Source of the DNA: Lenisia limosa
Taxonomy: Eukaryota > Protista > Breviatea
Assembly (NCBI GenBank): GCA_001655205.1
Contig: LPNZ01007467.1
Location: forward strand, 1 to 39,963
DNA: 39,963 bases
Reading direction: 5' to 3'
Numbering within the stretch: the stretch's first letter is position 1; each line of letters starts with the position of its first letter. The notes beneath the pieces are model-generated. The model saw only the letters and a list, made by a program, of their open reading frames with translations, ran no database searches and had not been told where the DNA came from. The position numbers were made by a program, and so were the translations under genes. Shown one piece after another: positions 28,161 through 39,963 of this stretch.

Positions 28161-28211
28161 ATGAAATACGCTATCAAGCTTTAAGAAATGAAATACGCTA
28201 TCAGGCTTTAA
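28158..28211. repeat. Tandem duplication, 2 x 27 bp, between convergent 3' ends
   Basis: GAAATGAAATACGCTATCA(A/G)GCTTTAA twice with one mismatch. Confidence 0.9.
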
Positions 28212-28231
28212 TCTACAACCCGCGTCGAGGA

Positions 28232-31200
28232 CTACCCGCGTACCGACTGCGGTACCTTATTTGGCTGACGTGGAGGCGTCATTGCCACTCTAATGACGTT
28301 AGCAAGTGGCAGAGCAAAAGAGCTCCTATTAGGACACAAATATAAGGAGCTAAAAGAAGTGTACCTATTAGGGCTGCGTTCGTGTAGCAAATTGGCGTAA
28401 CATGGTGCACATGTGCGGACGCTGTCTCTGAAGCCAAATCGTGGGATGGGCTAAGGGGTTATGTTACGCATGTCAAGACTCCTACAGTGAAGTAATCAGA
28501 GCATTTTCCGCAGAACACATGGCCGCAGCTTCTGCAATGGTGCTTTCGTCGGGTGGCCGAGAAGGCTCGGTGACATCTGTGGCATTCTCGTACCTAAGGC
28601 AATCAAGAAGTCGAATATTCTATCGTTTTTTTTGATGAAATTATATATTTTCCATTTACAAATTCTTATGATTACAATGCTTCGACTGAATTACCTGGGA
28701 ATCGGCAACCCAGACCGGTGGTGCTTGGGCTTTCTCGTCCTATGAAGATGAAGGAAAAGGCCATAAGAAGTATAAGAGACATACCAGCTGGGAGGATCTG
28801 CCATATTTTTGGAACTTTCCCGTCATTTTGTCACGAGCTGAGCGGAGGAATTGAAGCGAATGAAACTGAAATATGAGAGAACTTGATCATTTCCTACGTT
28901 CTTTGCTACGTGCTGGTGGTCTTGGATGTATGCCGGCTGGAGAGTGAGCGAAATAACGCAAGAAGGTCATTAAGACGACACATACGGAATTGTCGGACTC
29001 CGGAGTGAAGATATCCGGACTGTCGTCAGTATCGTGGTCAGTGAGGGTGACACTGGGTATTGGAGGGGCTTTTGTTATCTCTTCCGCTGCCAATGATGGA
29101 ATTGAAGTGGCGGCAACTAGGTATTAGAAAATGAGAAAAGGAGTGCTGTATTTGAAGTTATCATGCCAAACCAGAAAAAAACATCTACCTATGGACACCA
29201 TTTTAAAAGAACAAACTATTTCTTGTATTGTATTGTTTGATTTATTTTTTCAAAAGAGAAATGGCACAATAAAAATGGGCGACAATTTGGACTCCTGTAT
29301 ACCATTTGGGTCAACTGATGCAGAAGACGCAAGAGCTATTTGGGTATGAATAGGCAAGTGGACCTCTCCCGCCTAATGGAATAAGCGACATCAAGTAAGA
29401 GTTTATATTAAACACTATCCAACCTTGCGGGGTGGAGTCTGAGCAACTCCGGCTATTGGTTCGACGGAGTCCTAGGGTTTCATTAACAGCTACCAATTAA
29501 AATGTTTCTTTGGGAGTACAAGTTTATGCCGGCAAAAACACAACAATGAAGTATTACATTCTGTCAGTAGCGTCTTGCCCACCAAGTTGACAACTTCGGG
29601 GGTTCGTTCCAAAAGTTCCGCAACTGCTGCTGCCGTATGGGGGTTATCTGCAAGGGCCTGGATAATCCCATCAAGGCGCTCAGTCTTAGCAGCCAAGTAC
29701 GAGTGTCTGAGTAATGAGTCTGGTGTTTTCAACGTAGATTTCCAGTGTTAGGGATATCCTGGGGGGTTTTAAACGATGGGATGGGAATGGGTCTAGTTCC
29801 ACCAATGATATGACCCTATGACCGACTTTTGAGTCGAAGTGATGAAAATAACACGAGGGTTTACCCCGAATATATCATAGTTTCGTTGAGACTTGTCAAG
29901 AGTGGATATGATAGGTATCACTTCACTACGTGGCATTTAATTGTTCGCACGCGGGAAAATTACCCAAAAAGCGATATTCATATGTATGATCAAGGCAAAT
30001 TCGCACCTTGCAATGAGAGAGGTTTGGAAGTCCGCCAACTCAGCGTAACCTTCTTCAAGACTACAGGAGTCAGACACATTTGGAACAAGGTAGACTGACC
30101 TCTGGAGAGCTTGTGAGTCCCTATCTCCGCGGCAGTGTAGGGCTGCCCAGAACCGAAGAGACCTTGCAACAGACGGTTCCAATCGTGTTGGGCCAGTCTC
30201 AGCAAAGAAGGGGTTGAGCATTTGATGTCGTCGCGTGAGAACAACAGTCCTATACGTTAGAACGGAATGCTGGCAATATTCTCATTTTCAGCATACCAAA
30301 ACGAGGTAGTGTTCTTGTGCAGCTCTTGGGCTTTTCGGTCCCTCACATTGTCCGCCATAAATGTTCCAAACTAAAATGGCATCCAGTCAGCTTCGTATTA
30401 ACAAAACGTTTCATTGGTATCCTCGATAACTCCATATTTTGCTGGTCGTTTCGACCAAAGTGAAACCCTATTGTCATACCTGTCCTGAATAGGCAGCATC
30501 AATGGTTTTAATAAGGAAGGCCTCATTGAACTGGAAAGATCTCGGGTACTGCTGCATCACTAAATGGTGAGACACTGTCAATGAACAGAATTCGGCTGGT
30601 CACAATTTCTCATTTCTATAGATTGCTAAGGACCTCTAACCTTGCCAAACGCATTCAATCCACTGCATAAACACGGGCGACCTGTAATGTCAAAGCCGCA
30701 GTTCCAGGTACTAAACAAACCGTTTTGCGTGTTCCCGTCCACATCTTGTTTCAAACTGATGACCAAACCCTATGACGGTTAGTGAGGCACAAATTAGCAG
30801 AACATACCGATCCATTCCTTTTCAATGAGTGAAATGAATCCCTCCAATTTGCGGTATTTCGGCTCGAGAAGGAGTTGAACCAGAGAGCCCACCTGGAATG
30901 GTCAGTGCATACTGTAATATCTGGCCAAGGCTGTTTAATTGCAGTAAAGACCTACTTGGGGAGTTCTATCCCAACCATCAGAACAATGTAAGAGTATTGA
31001 AGCACCCTGAAATGTCAGATTTTATGGTTTTACCGAGACCCTCCATTACCTCATCTGCTACCAATGAAGCAACGCGGATGGAACTCGTCAAGATATCGCC
31101 AATTAGCTTGAGCCTTGGCGAGTAAATAAAAAGAAGAACACAAAACTGCCTACCACTGGGTTTCATGTAAGCAGCTTAGCCAAGTGGAGTGATCAGCAGG

Positions 31201-33471
31201 GGTGAAGCATAAAGTTTGCAATTTAGTTAGTGATGCCTATTGGGTGAACAGCCATGATTTTGTCCTACCTGGACTTGGTGGATGTTCTCTAAGCCAAGGA
31301 ATGTGAGATTAGCCCCGTAATTGGCAGGTGTTTCCGTGCCATATCCTAGAGCGTAAACAAGGCAAGCGAAATGAAGATTACGAACCAGCTACGTGGTTTC
31401 CCATTGCATTTACACGCGGCCTTGCGTCAACAATGATAAGAGCTGGTTTGGGGAGGTTCAGTTCTGCTGCCCGGTCTTAACAATGAATTAATTAAAGAAT
31501 TAAAGATAAGGCCAACCCTGAGCTGTTTTGTGGAATGCTCTGATAAGCCTTTCATCATCTGGAGATCGTTTCTACAGTGGTGTCAAATGTGTTAACTATG
31601 AAGGAGTAGCCAAAATCATAAGAACGAACCTGCGTCATTCCAGCATTCGGCTGTGAACATCGAATAATAATTGCCTAGATGAATGTTAGTGCTTGGTTGC
31701 ACATTTATAACTTTAAACCACCCCAAAATGTGCCAGCAATGACACATGTCACATGACTCGCACCAGTGTTTAAACGTTTTCATGCACCTAATGCTCATGA
31801 ACCCTCTCACTCCGTTTGTTGGGTATCGCCATGACAAAGCAGGAAATCGTTGCTTGGACCTGAAGAAGATAAAAAGCCACCAAATATGAGAAAATACCCG
31901 TTTTGTCAACAAACCTGAAATGTGCTGATTTGATGACGACAGAATCGGGTATGAAAGATGGTACAACTAGAACCTGAGGCAGTTAGATCACATAAAAAGA
32001 AACGAATTCAGAAGAACCTTGCGCCCCTATTATATATACTATGCATATCATAATTTATAAAATTGTATTTGCCATGCCATCATACCGGAGGGTAGGAAGA
32101 ACACAGTTCAAAGTTTTGATTGATTGTACAGAGCCGAAAGAACTTGTCTGGAATACCCAGGAAACCGAATTCGTTTTTTTCGGAGTAAACACTCCAGCCA
32201 TCAAACAAAGAAGCTGAAGCACTACAACAATAATGAAGGTTCGGAAAGCAGAAATATGAAATGATAAAATGTCACATACTTTGAACCTTGAGACTGATCC
32301 TGGGAGAGAATATCCGACTCTTCACTCTAGAATGTCACATATGAGCTCGTGTACAAAGGATAAACAAAAGACTCACCTGCGATGCATCGTCACTCGATGA
32401 CATGGCTCCTTCAGGCGACCTCGGCGACTTGAACCTAAAAAGTCAAAAGCAGGCCTTTTATCAAACGAATATGAAATTCACCACCCACCCCGTTTTCTGC
32501 AGTGAATCAAATGACTCATTGTGATGTCTGTCAAGTGCCTGAAATGTGAAGTTAGGTTTACATTTGACTAAGACATACTTTTCTGTGGGTAAACGCAAAG
32601 CCTGTTGTACCCTTTTTTCTGATAGCCTGGAAGGTGACATCAACAGCCGATGTTACCCACCTCTCTCAGTTTGGCCGTGAGCTCCCGGAGGGACTTGGTC
32701 AGTAGCACATTGGAGGTAGGGACTGAAAACGCCCATCTAAAAGTCAGACAACCAACTTGGCACTTGCTTTCAGAGAGATTAAGGTTACTTCCAAGCTCCC
32801 CTCCAAATTACAATCCCGCATATTCACCAAAAAAAACCCACGTCCATGAGGCTTTTGACGTGATACTGAGGACCTCCTTGCCAGTTTCCTAAAGGGTATC
32901 ACAATTCGTGGTCTTTGCTAAGGTCACTGTATCACATCTACCACCCCCACCTCCGATGTCATGCCCAAGGAAAAAATTGAGCTCAAGTAGGATCCTGATG
33001 TCTTCTCAGACTGTAACTCCACACTGAGAACACTATGAAGGTGGATCTGAACTGTCAATTCAATTTAAGCCACTGTTGCAGTCTTGTATGCGAACGATTC
33101 AAGAAAAGAAACAATCCAGAGTGTTATTTAAAATTTCACATAGTGTTAATATATTCTTCAAAAAGGCACGACAATTTCAATATTGGTGAGCTTACGGATA
33201 GAATTGTTTCATCACCTTGCTCAAACACAAGTTGGAAGTTGGTTAACGTGAGCGTTCCCTCAAGTAGTGTATTTTTTCGCGTAAAATAAACATCCTTAAG
33301 CTGAAATGGTTAACGGCGGGAGAGTTAGGTGCAAAGGGCTGATCAAATTTGGCTCACTGATTGCACTACAGTCTCTCCTAGGTGTAATTGGGCCGATGAC
33401 GAGTCGTTTTCCGTAATATTGCCTCTGTCCAGCGGTGAACGAGTCGCAGAATCGCCTTCTAGATTGCTCAT
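28232..33471 (-). CDS. Myotubularin-related PI3P/PI(3,5)P2 3-phosphatase with PH-GRAM and C-terminal FYVE domains (MTMR3/4-like architecture)
   Basis: ATG 33471. GRAM-like [14 protein letters not shown]; [11 protein letters not shown]; [12 protein letters not shown]; [12 protein letters not shown]; IRCSQP; IVDARP; LENIH; active site [17 protein letters not shown] (about 30955-31005); EKEWIGFGHQF; [13 protein letters not shown]; FNEAFL; FGTF. FYVE: WVADSQ|[32 protein letters not shown]...VRTCAPCY. Confidence 0.94.
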
Positions 33472-33695
33472 TGCCCTGCTCAAACCATTGCAACCATTTT
33501 TAAGATACTTTTCGGTATATTTTTTTTTTAGAAGTAGTAATGATAAGTAACTAGAAGGAGAAAGAGAAGAAAACAAGAAAACTACGAAAAAATTCGGAAC
33601 CGAATGTAGTTCTGCGACCGCAGGGATGGCTTTTTTGCGAAGACTTATTTCTCACTCCTATTTCAGATTAATTAGCAGTTAATTAGTGGTCAATT

Positions 33696-36375
33696 ATGGA
33701 GATTGAAAACGAGAGCGGACCGGTTTCTCTTCATATCAAATGGGGGAAGAAAACGTTTGATATTGCGACAGATGCGAGTCAAACGGTCGCTGTCTTGAAG
33801 GGTTTGTTTTTAATTTTAAATAATTTGTAATTTACTTCAATAGATCAGCTCTTTACTCTTACTGGTGTTCCGCAACCTAGGCAAAAGCTCACTGCCAAGG
33901 GTATCACTGGTCTTCTTAAGAATGATCAAACGATTTCTACCCTTAATTTGAACGAGGTTTGTGAAATGGTGACTTTCCTTCCTTATCCCATTCAAGAAAA
34001 CCAAGATCCTCTTGATTGGCTCCGCTGAAGTTCTCAAGGCTGCCCCCAGTGAAACTGAGTATGAAAAATAGAAGGAGTGTTAATTTGGTATCTTAAGAGC
34101 CGACGTTGATATTTCGTTACATGACCATTTCAGGATGAAGAAGTTCATTGATACTCCTTCCAACAACGTCAAAGAGGTTGGCTGGCTACTATACTTTCAA
34201 ATGAGTGTCAAGAATTTTTATTTCTTTAAAAGTACCCCCCCCCCCCCNNNNNNNNNNNNNNNNNNNNNNNNNNNNNNNNNNNNNNNNNNNNNNNNNNNNN
34301 NNNNNNNNNNNNNNNNNNNNNNNNNNNGTTAGGTGTTGAAGGTGAAATTTTTCAACGTATTTAAATAAGCACTGGTACCACTATTCATATCCCCAGGCAG
34401 TGTTCACTCCAGGCATGCGTAACCTTGGCAACACTTGCTACCTCAACGCCACAATTCAGGCGCTTAACGCCATTCCTGAGCTACACGAGGCTCTCTTGAC
34501 GTGGGGTTTTTTTATTGGTGCTTAGTTTTTTGTCACTCAATCATTTCTCTTATTACTATCTAACCTGATCCATTTCAGCTACAAGGAAAATGGAGCCCGT
34601 GCCCATGACCCGAATCACAACATCACAGTGGCCTCGCGCGAGCTCTTCAAAACCCTCAAGAAGAACGTCTCCAAGGAGGTTCTTCCTTCCACTTTGATCC
34701 AAGTTTGCTGTCATTATTTACAATCCATTTTTTTTCCTGCATTTCCCTGAAATTATACTGTAGCAATTCCACCGTGCCCACCCCGCCTTTGCGGAGAAAA
34801 ATGAAAAAGGAGTTCCTATGCAGCAGGTTTGACGAGTTCATGCTATATGTAGTGTTGTCCTTTTTATTTTAATTTTGTGGTTTCATGTATTCACTCATTT
34901 AGGATGCGGATGAGTTTCTTATTCTCCTTCTTGCCGCCTTCAGAGCCAAGTTGAAGCAAGGAGACCGTAACCTCATTGAATCTCTTTTCCACGGTTTGCA
35001 CATCCCGAACGAAATGTGGTGCTTTTGTAGAAGATTCCGCGTAACATTTCAGGAAAGCTTGATTTTGAAGCGAAATGTGCAGAGGAAGGTGGCGAGACCA
35101 TCACGGAAGCGAAGTCCTTTGAGAAGCTCCAGGTGGGTATCCAAGATGAGCTTATTTGACGAACATGGTGAATTTACCCGTTAAGGTATTCATTGAGAAA
35201 GACATCCAGGTTATCGAAGCAGGGCTTGAGAAAGGCTTCAAGGGACAAATGGAGAGAAAGTGGGGGTTTTTTCCGCGTTTGTTCTGAATGCTGAAGAGTT
35301 GACTGAAATATCTAAAATTGCACAGGTCCGACACATTAGGACGTGATGCAGTCTTCAACACAACGCAACACATTTCAGACCTTCCTCCTTTCGTAGTCGT
35401 ACAGGTTGGATGGCAATGTCGTTAAGTATTGTATCTAGGGCTTCACTTCGGTTCTCTCTGGAGTCAAATTACTTTGTTGTATTTACTCCATCAGTTTACT
35501 CGATTCCAATGGAAGACAAAGGAAAATGTTCGTGCCAAAATTCTCAGAGTGAGAGGGTGTTAGGGCTCTTTTATCAAATAAATATGGATGGAAAATTCTG
35601 TCAGTCCATCCGGCTTTACGCTTCTTAGAATGTGAAGTACGGCCAAACGCTGGATTTGCAGTACCTTTGTAACTCTGAGGTCAAGGCGGCTACCGAGGCG
35701 AACAGAGCAAAACTGGTTAGTGAAAACTGTTGCAAACAGCTTTACTTGATCCATACTTTACTTTTGTAGAGAGAATTTGAAGATGAGCGTTTGAAGCTTG
35801 AGGAAGAGAGCAAACCTGCCAAGAGCAAACCCAGCCTTCCTTCTGTAAGGAAGGGGTCCTTTCTTATTGCCTTGAAAGAATGTTGCAATTGGAGATTTGG
35901 GTTTGAATGAAATAACCAAGTAGCCTTCTTCCCCCGACTTCCGCGAAAGAATGACAGGACGCTATCGTTTGGCATCATGTGTGACGCACACTGGAGTGTC
36001 GGCTGAAGGTGGACATTATATTGGTTGGTGGGTTTTTTTTTTGTGTCTTTTGCTTCAAGAGGACACGAGTTAACGTATTAGGATGGGCGCGTGCTGCTAC
36101 TAAGGGTGGAAAGCCGGACAAAACAATGAAAGTTTGTTGAACGTATCTTTGGAACCAGGCCTAACAAAATAGGATGAGCAGAACTCAGAGAAGAACCCGG
36201 CCTGGCTGAAGTTTGATGACGCTAAGGTGGGCTTTGTGATGACGTGGCAGTCTTTTGATATCTTGATATCATTGGTTAGGTGTCGGAAGTTGACTCGAAC
36301 GCTGTGCTTGCCTGTTCCGGTGGCGCGGAGACCCCCATCACTTACATCCTTGTGTACAAGGCTGAGGCTTTCTAG
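33696..36375 (+). CDS. USP14: Ubiquitin carboxyl-terminal hydrolase 14/UBP6 (N-terminal UBL plus USP domain)
   Basis: UBL: IKWGKK...QLFTLTGVPQPRQKL. Cys box GMRNLGNTCYLNATIQAL; QQ|DADEF; His box HTGVSAEGGHYIGW; WLKFDD; ends ILVYKAEAF* (TAG 36373-36375). Confidence 0.93.
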
Positions 36376-36612
36376 AGAGCTGTACCCAATTGGGCAAAAG
36401 AGGGCCCTGTACTTCATCACTGATTCACCCTTTTGTCAGTGCATTTCAGTTTTATACATCTACCTTTTTATTTTGCTTCACTTATGGGTGCTATTGATGT
36501 TATATTGGCATAATGGTAGTTGACCATTTGTTTACTACTTGTAGATGGATAGTAGTATTAAATAGTTAAAAAATGTTTAAATGTTTGTTAAATGTTGAAT
36601 AGAACAATATAA

Positions 36613-36700
36613 GGTTGTAAGTCTGTAAGTCTGTAAGTCTAAGTTTGGTCTAAGTCTTGTGTAAGTCGGGTAAGTCGGGACAAGGGTCAAAGGGTCAAGG
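36613..36700 (+). repeat. Degenerate short-unit repeat array (GTAAGTCT-like units, then GGGTCAA)
   Basis: GTAAGTCT x3 at 36617-36640, further TAAGTC copies to about 36676, then GGGTCAA x2. It is intergenic between USP14 and the LRR gene. Confidence 0.8.
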
Positions 36701-36901
36701 GATGCTTGTAGGAATGGCTTAATCGGAACGGAAGCGGAAAGTTCAGTTAATTTCCCATAAAACTCAGGATTTTTTCGTAACAAAGTAACAATCAAAGAAG
36801 TTATATAGTATATTAACTATAAAAAAAATAGGAAAAACAAAAGTGAAGAGAATCGCTTGCTTCCTGCAAATGTGTTATTGGTGAATCGCAACATCACTAG
36901 C

Positions 36902-39445
36902 ATGGAGTCGCAGGAAGGCGATTACGCTGAAGACTATGATGTAGATGAGGATAGCGAGCAGGTTCAGCTTCAACTGCTTCTGAGTTTACTGAAAGGTGGC
37001 GATTTTCGGCACTTTGGGAAGAAGCTCGCTTTCAACCACCTTCCTAATCTAGAATGGCTAGATTTGCGTAAAAGTGGTTTAATTGAGCTGCCAGAAGGGC
37101 TTAGCGACTTAAGCAGCCTCGAGGTATGTTCGGTGAATGTTGGGTTTATTGACCTGAATCATGTTCACCAAAAATCATTCTACTTGATTTGGAACTTTTG
37201 TCTTTTTTTGTTAATACCCTGAATTGGGTGTCATCTATTTTTCTTGACACTTCCTATGACTATTGTTGTTGGGCATATCACCCCCCACCCCCGCATCGAA
37301 ATTTCCTTCGTTTTACTCCACCACGTCAGCGATTACCCCCCTTCCCAGCGCTTGAGTCTTAATGGTAATGAATTTGAGTCTGTTGCCGCATCTGAGCTGC
37401 CCTTGGTACAAAATATCGACGTTCGCCACAACAAACTCAGCCTCAGCGCTCTGTAGGTTTCCTGCACTGGTTTCATGTTTTTTTTGTTTTTGTTACTAAC
37501 CATGCTTTTGTTTCACAACCGCGGTCAACTAGAGGTCAACTAAGAATCAAATCTCTTCTAATGATGCAGTAATTCGCTGCTGACGCTGCCGTCGTTGACT
37601 CGTTTGGACGCCTCGTCTAACCCCTTGGTTCCGAAGGATGCCCCAACTCAGCCACTGTCTGCCCAAAACCCATACCTAGCCCATAACTCACCATTCAGCA
37701 TTCCTCCATCAACCGCCAAGTTGCAGTCTCTGGTTCTACGCCGCAGTTATCTTCAACAGTTTCCGGGGTCACTGGCTCTTTCAATTGCCACGTCACTCAC
37801 CCATCTTGACATCTCTGACAACTCCATCACCGCACTCCCACCCCAAAGTTGGTAGTTTCCTTTGTTGGTCGCCTTTAACTTTGCAGTTAAGCGACTTACG
37901 AAGCTGCGACTGCTCAACGTTTCGAGGAACCAGCTTTTCAAAGTTTGCTTGGGGCGGTATCCAAATAGAAACAATGATGTACTTTGTTGACGGTCCAGCT
38001 TTCTGACGGTATCTGCGAACTGACAGAGTTGGAGCACCTCATCTGTAGCCAGTGTGAACTGACCAGCTTACCATTGGATCTTCCTGATCTAAAGAAACTC
38101 ATTGTGAGCGGGAGGGGTGTTGAATGTTTAAGGCTAGGAGAGGAATTACGTTGTTTCCGCAGTCTTTACTCTTCAGGATTTTGATATTTCGGACAACAAC
38201 CTGAATGGAGTGCCGGGTGAGATCCAAGACATGACACAATTAGTCAGACTCAATTTGGCCAATAATGCTATCAGTACCATTCCACCTGCCTTTCGAAAGC
38301 TCAAGGTTGGCAGGCACTGAGTCAATCTACTCATACTCTATACGATAGTATATTGTTTTGTATTATATGTACATAATATATTGTATTAGATACTATAATA
38401 TAATATGCAGTGTATACGTATGCATCTTTTGTAAATCAAAATACTCTCTTTACATTAAACGACTGTTTAGCGACTGGAGAGTTTGAATATGAGTCGAAAT
38501 AAGCTGGCCATGGTTTCGGGACTTTTGTGCTCCCTGACCAGTTTGAGAAGGTATATGTCTTTATAATAATTTTTAATTTCTTTAATGACTATATGTGTTA
38601 ATGAAATTGAGCCGTTAATCATGTTTAGGCTTCTTTTGAATGGAAATGAGATCACCAATCGAGGAATTCCGCGCGCCATTTCCCGTCTTACTCGCCTTTC
38701 TTATTTGGGCCTCTCAAAAAACTTGATCACCAAATTTCCAGACCTGGTAGGCAGAATATGAATACACCAGCATCTGACCTTTAGGTGGAACCCATGCCTT
38801 CTCTTGCCACGCTTGATTTGAGTTATAACGTCTTGACTGATGCGCCTTCGACTGACCCTTTTCCGAGTCTCAAAGTTGGCTCATGACCTCATGGGCATAA
38901 TAACAGATGATACTCTTTATGGATAGTGTATCATCTTTTGTGGACTATCAGGAAGCCAGTCTTCATGTATTCGTTTGAGCCAACTGAGACGAGAAAAAAA
39001 TTTATACTCTTTTCGCAGGTCTTGAATTTGGACCATACGACACTTCCACCACGGTTTGCACGCGAGGCGAGCAGGCGTGCGCAAATGATTGTGGAACGCA
39101 GGGCTGAGGTCGAAAAACTTGTCCACAAGTGAGAGGACGAGGGGAGAACTAGTTTTATACCTGTTTTTTTGATAGTATCTAGATGTATACAATTTGTATT
39201 AACCCTATATTTTCACTCACTTTATTAGTGCACTTGAAGGTCGACTAACGTTCTTGAGGAATAGGGCTCGTGGAATGTAAGCCATACGTATAAGAACCGA
39301 AGATATTTTAATTTCTATTTTTACTATCGCCTTGATAAAGACCCAAATATTTGTTGACTTGTTAGGAAAGGAGAGCCCTTGCCGAATCAACTGGCATCCT
39401 TGAAGTTTGTGGATTGGGATTTTTCTATAGCTTAGGTGCACTTGA
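36902..39445 (+). CDS. Leucine-rich-repeat protein (typical LxxLxLxxN type), acidic N-terminus
   Basis: ATG 36902 gives MESQEGDYAEDYDVDED. Repeats include LPNLEWLDLRKSGLIELPEGLSDLSSLE, LSLNGNEF, IDVRHNKL, LTHLDISDNSITALP, LLNVSRNQL, FDISDNNLNGVPGEIQDMTQLVRLNLANNAISTIP and LSYLGLSKNLITKFP. The end is tentative. Confidence 0.82.
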
Positions 39446-39963
39446 ATATTTTTGTAGAGGGGTGGTTAAAATAACAAGCGCGCAGTAATTTTATACTTAC
39501 AATTTAGTAATATTCGAGTGCCAACAAAGGTGGTCAAAACCCCTTCAGGTTAGTAATGGGTGGACATAATTAGAAAAAGTGGATATTATTTCTTGTTTTG
39601 GAGAGTTTCTGACACTGTAGGTCCCGAACCAGGCTCTATCTTAGCCTCTGCACTGACAACCTCTACCCACAACAACACAAACACTGTCAAAGGTAGTGTC
39701 CAGAGTTGTCGCGGTTTTAACACCTAAGGAGGCTTCTCAATGTTCAACACTGAAGAAGATGGAGACTATGACGTGGGATGGGGGTGCAGCATTTGCTCTG
39801 CTGTTGCTGCTAAATATTAATATGATTCTCACTTCGCAGTTGGAGCAGCATATGACGGATCTTTTTGGCTCTCCCGACAGTCTTATACCCAATGTACCCG
39901 GTACGTATTGTCAGTAAATGATATATGATATTAATCTATTACTATTGACTTCATGTACATATC

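Noticed and set aside
28290-28352. Hairpin-AGAGCA-hairpin as an H/ACA snoRNA
   Set aside because: No ACA box, stems too short, and the region is antisense to myotubularin coding exons.
39500-39963. Possible start of another plus-strand gene
   Set aside because: Splice-like signals are present, but no unique frame or recognisable motif appears before the window ends.

Overview
Compact, very intron-rich eukaryotic DNA, most likely from an anaerobic or microaerophilic protist. The inference rests on a spliced [FeFe]-hydrogenase carrying a mitochondrial-type presequence; the species cannot be determined from sequence alone. The code appears standard. Introns are short (35 to about 150 nt for most) GT-AG introns with degenerate donors, so the raw ORF track is mostly fragments; I spliced the gene models by eye and some boundaries are approximate. 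Confident genes: cytosolic HSP70 (15 introns, EEVD end), an M3-type [FeFe]-hydrogenase, an active myotubularin with a FYVE domain (MTMR3/4-like), USP14/UBP6, two LRR proteins, and a secreted bacterial-style sulfatase-like hydrolase with a Thr nucleophile. That last gene has a 439-bp hAT-type MITE (14-bp TIR, 8-bp TSD) in one intron. Less certain: an EGF-domain single-pass membrane protein, a type II membrane protein, an ARM/HEAT-like protein and several hypothetical genes. Up to five gene pairs are arranged head-to-head across only about 90-330 bp. Six N gaps (351-392, 3360-3445, 5279-5337, 8272-8359, 24109-24253, 34248-34327) mostly abut G or C homopolymers. Best leads: the hydrogenase Met-to-Ala change in the H-cluster L2 motif, the Thr-type sulfatase-like gene (possible lateral transfer), the MITE, and an HSP70 substitution at the DnaK K414-equivalent allosteric residue.
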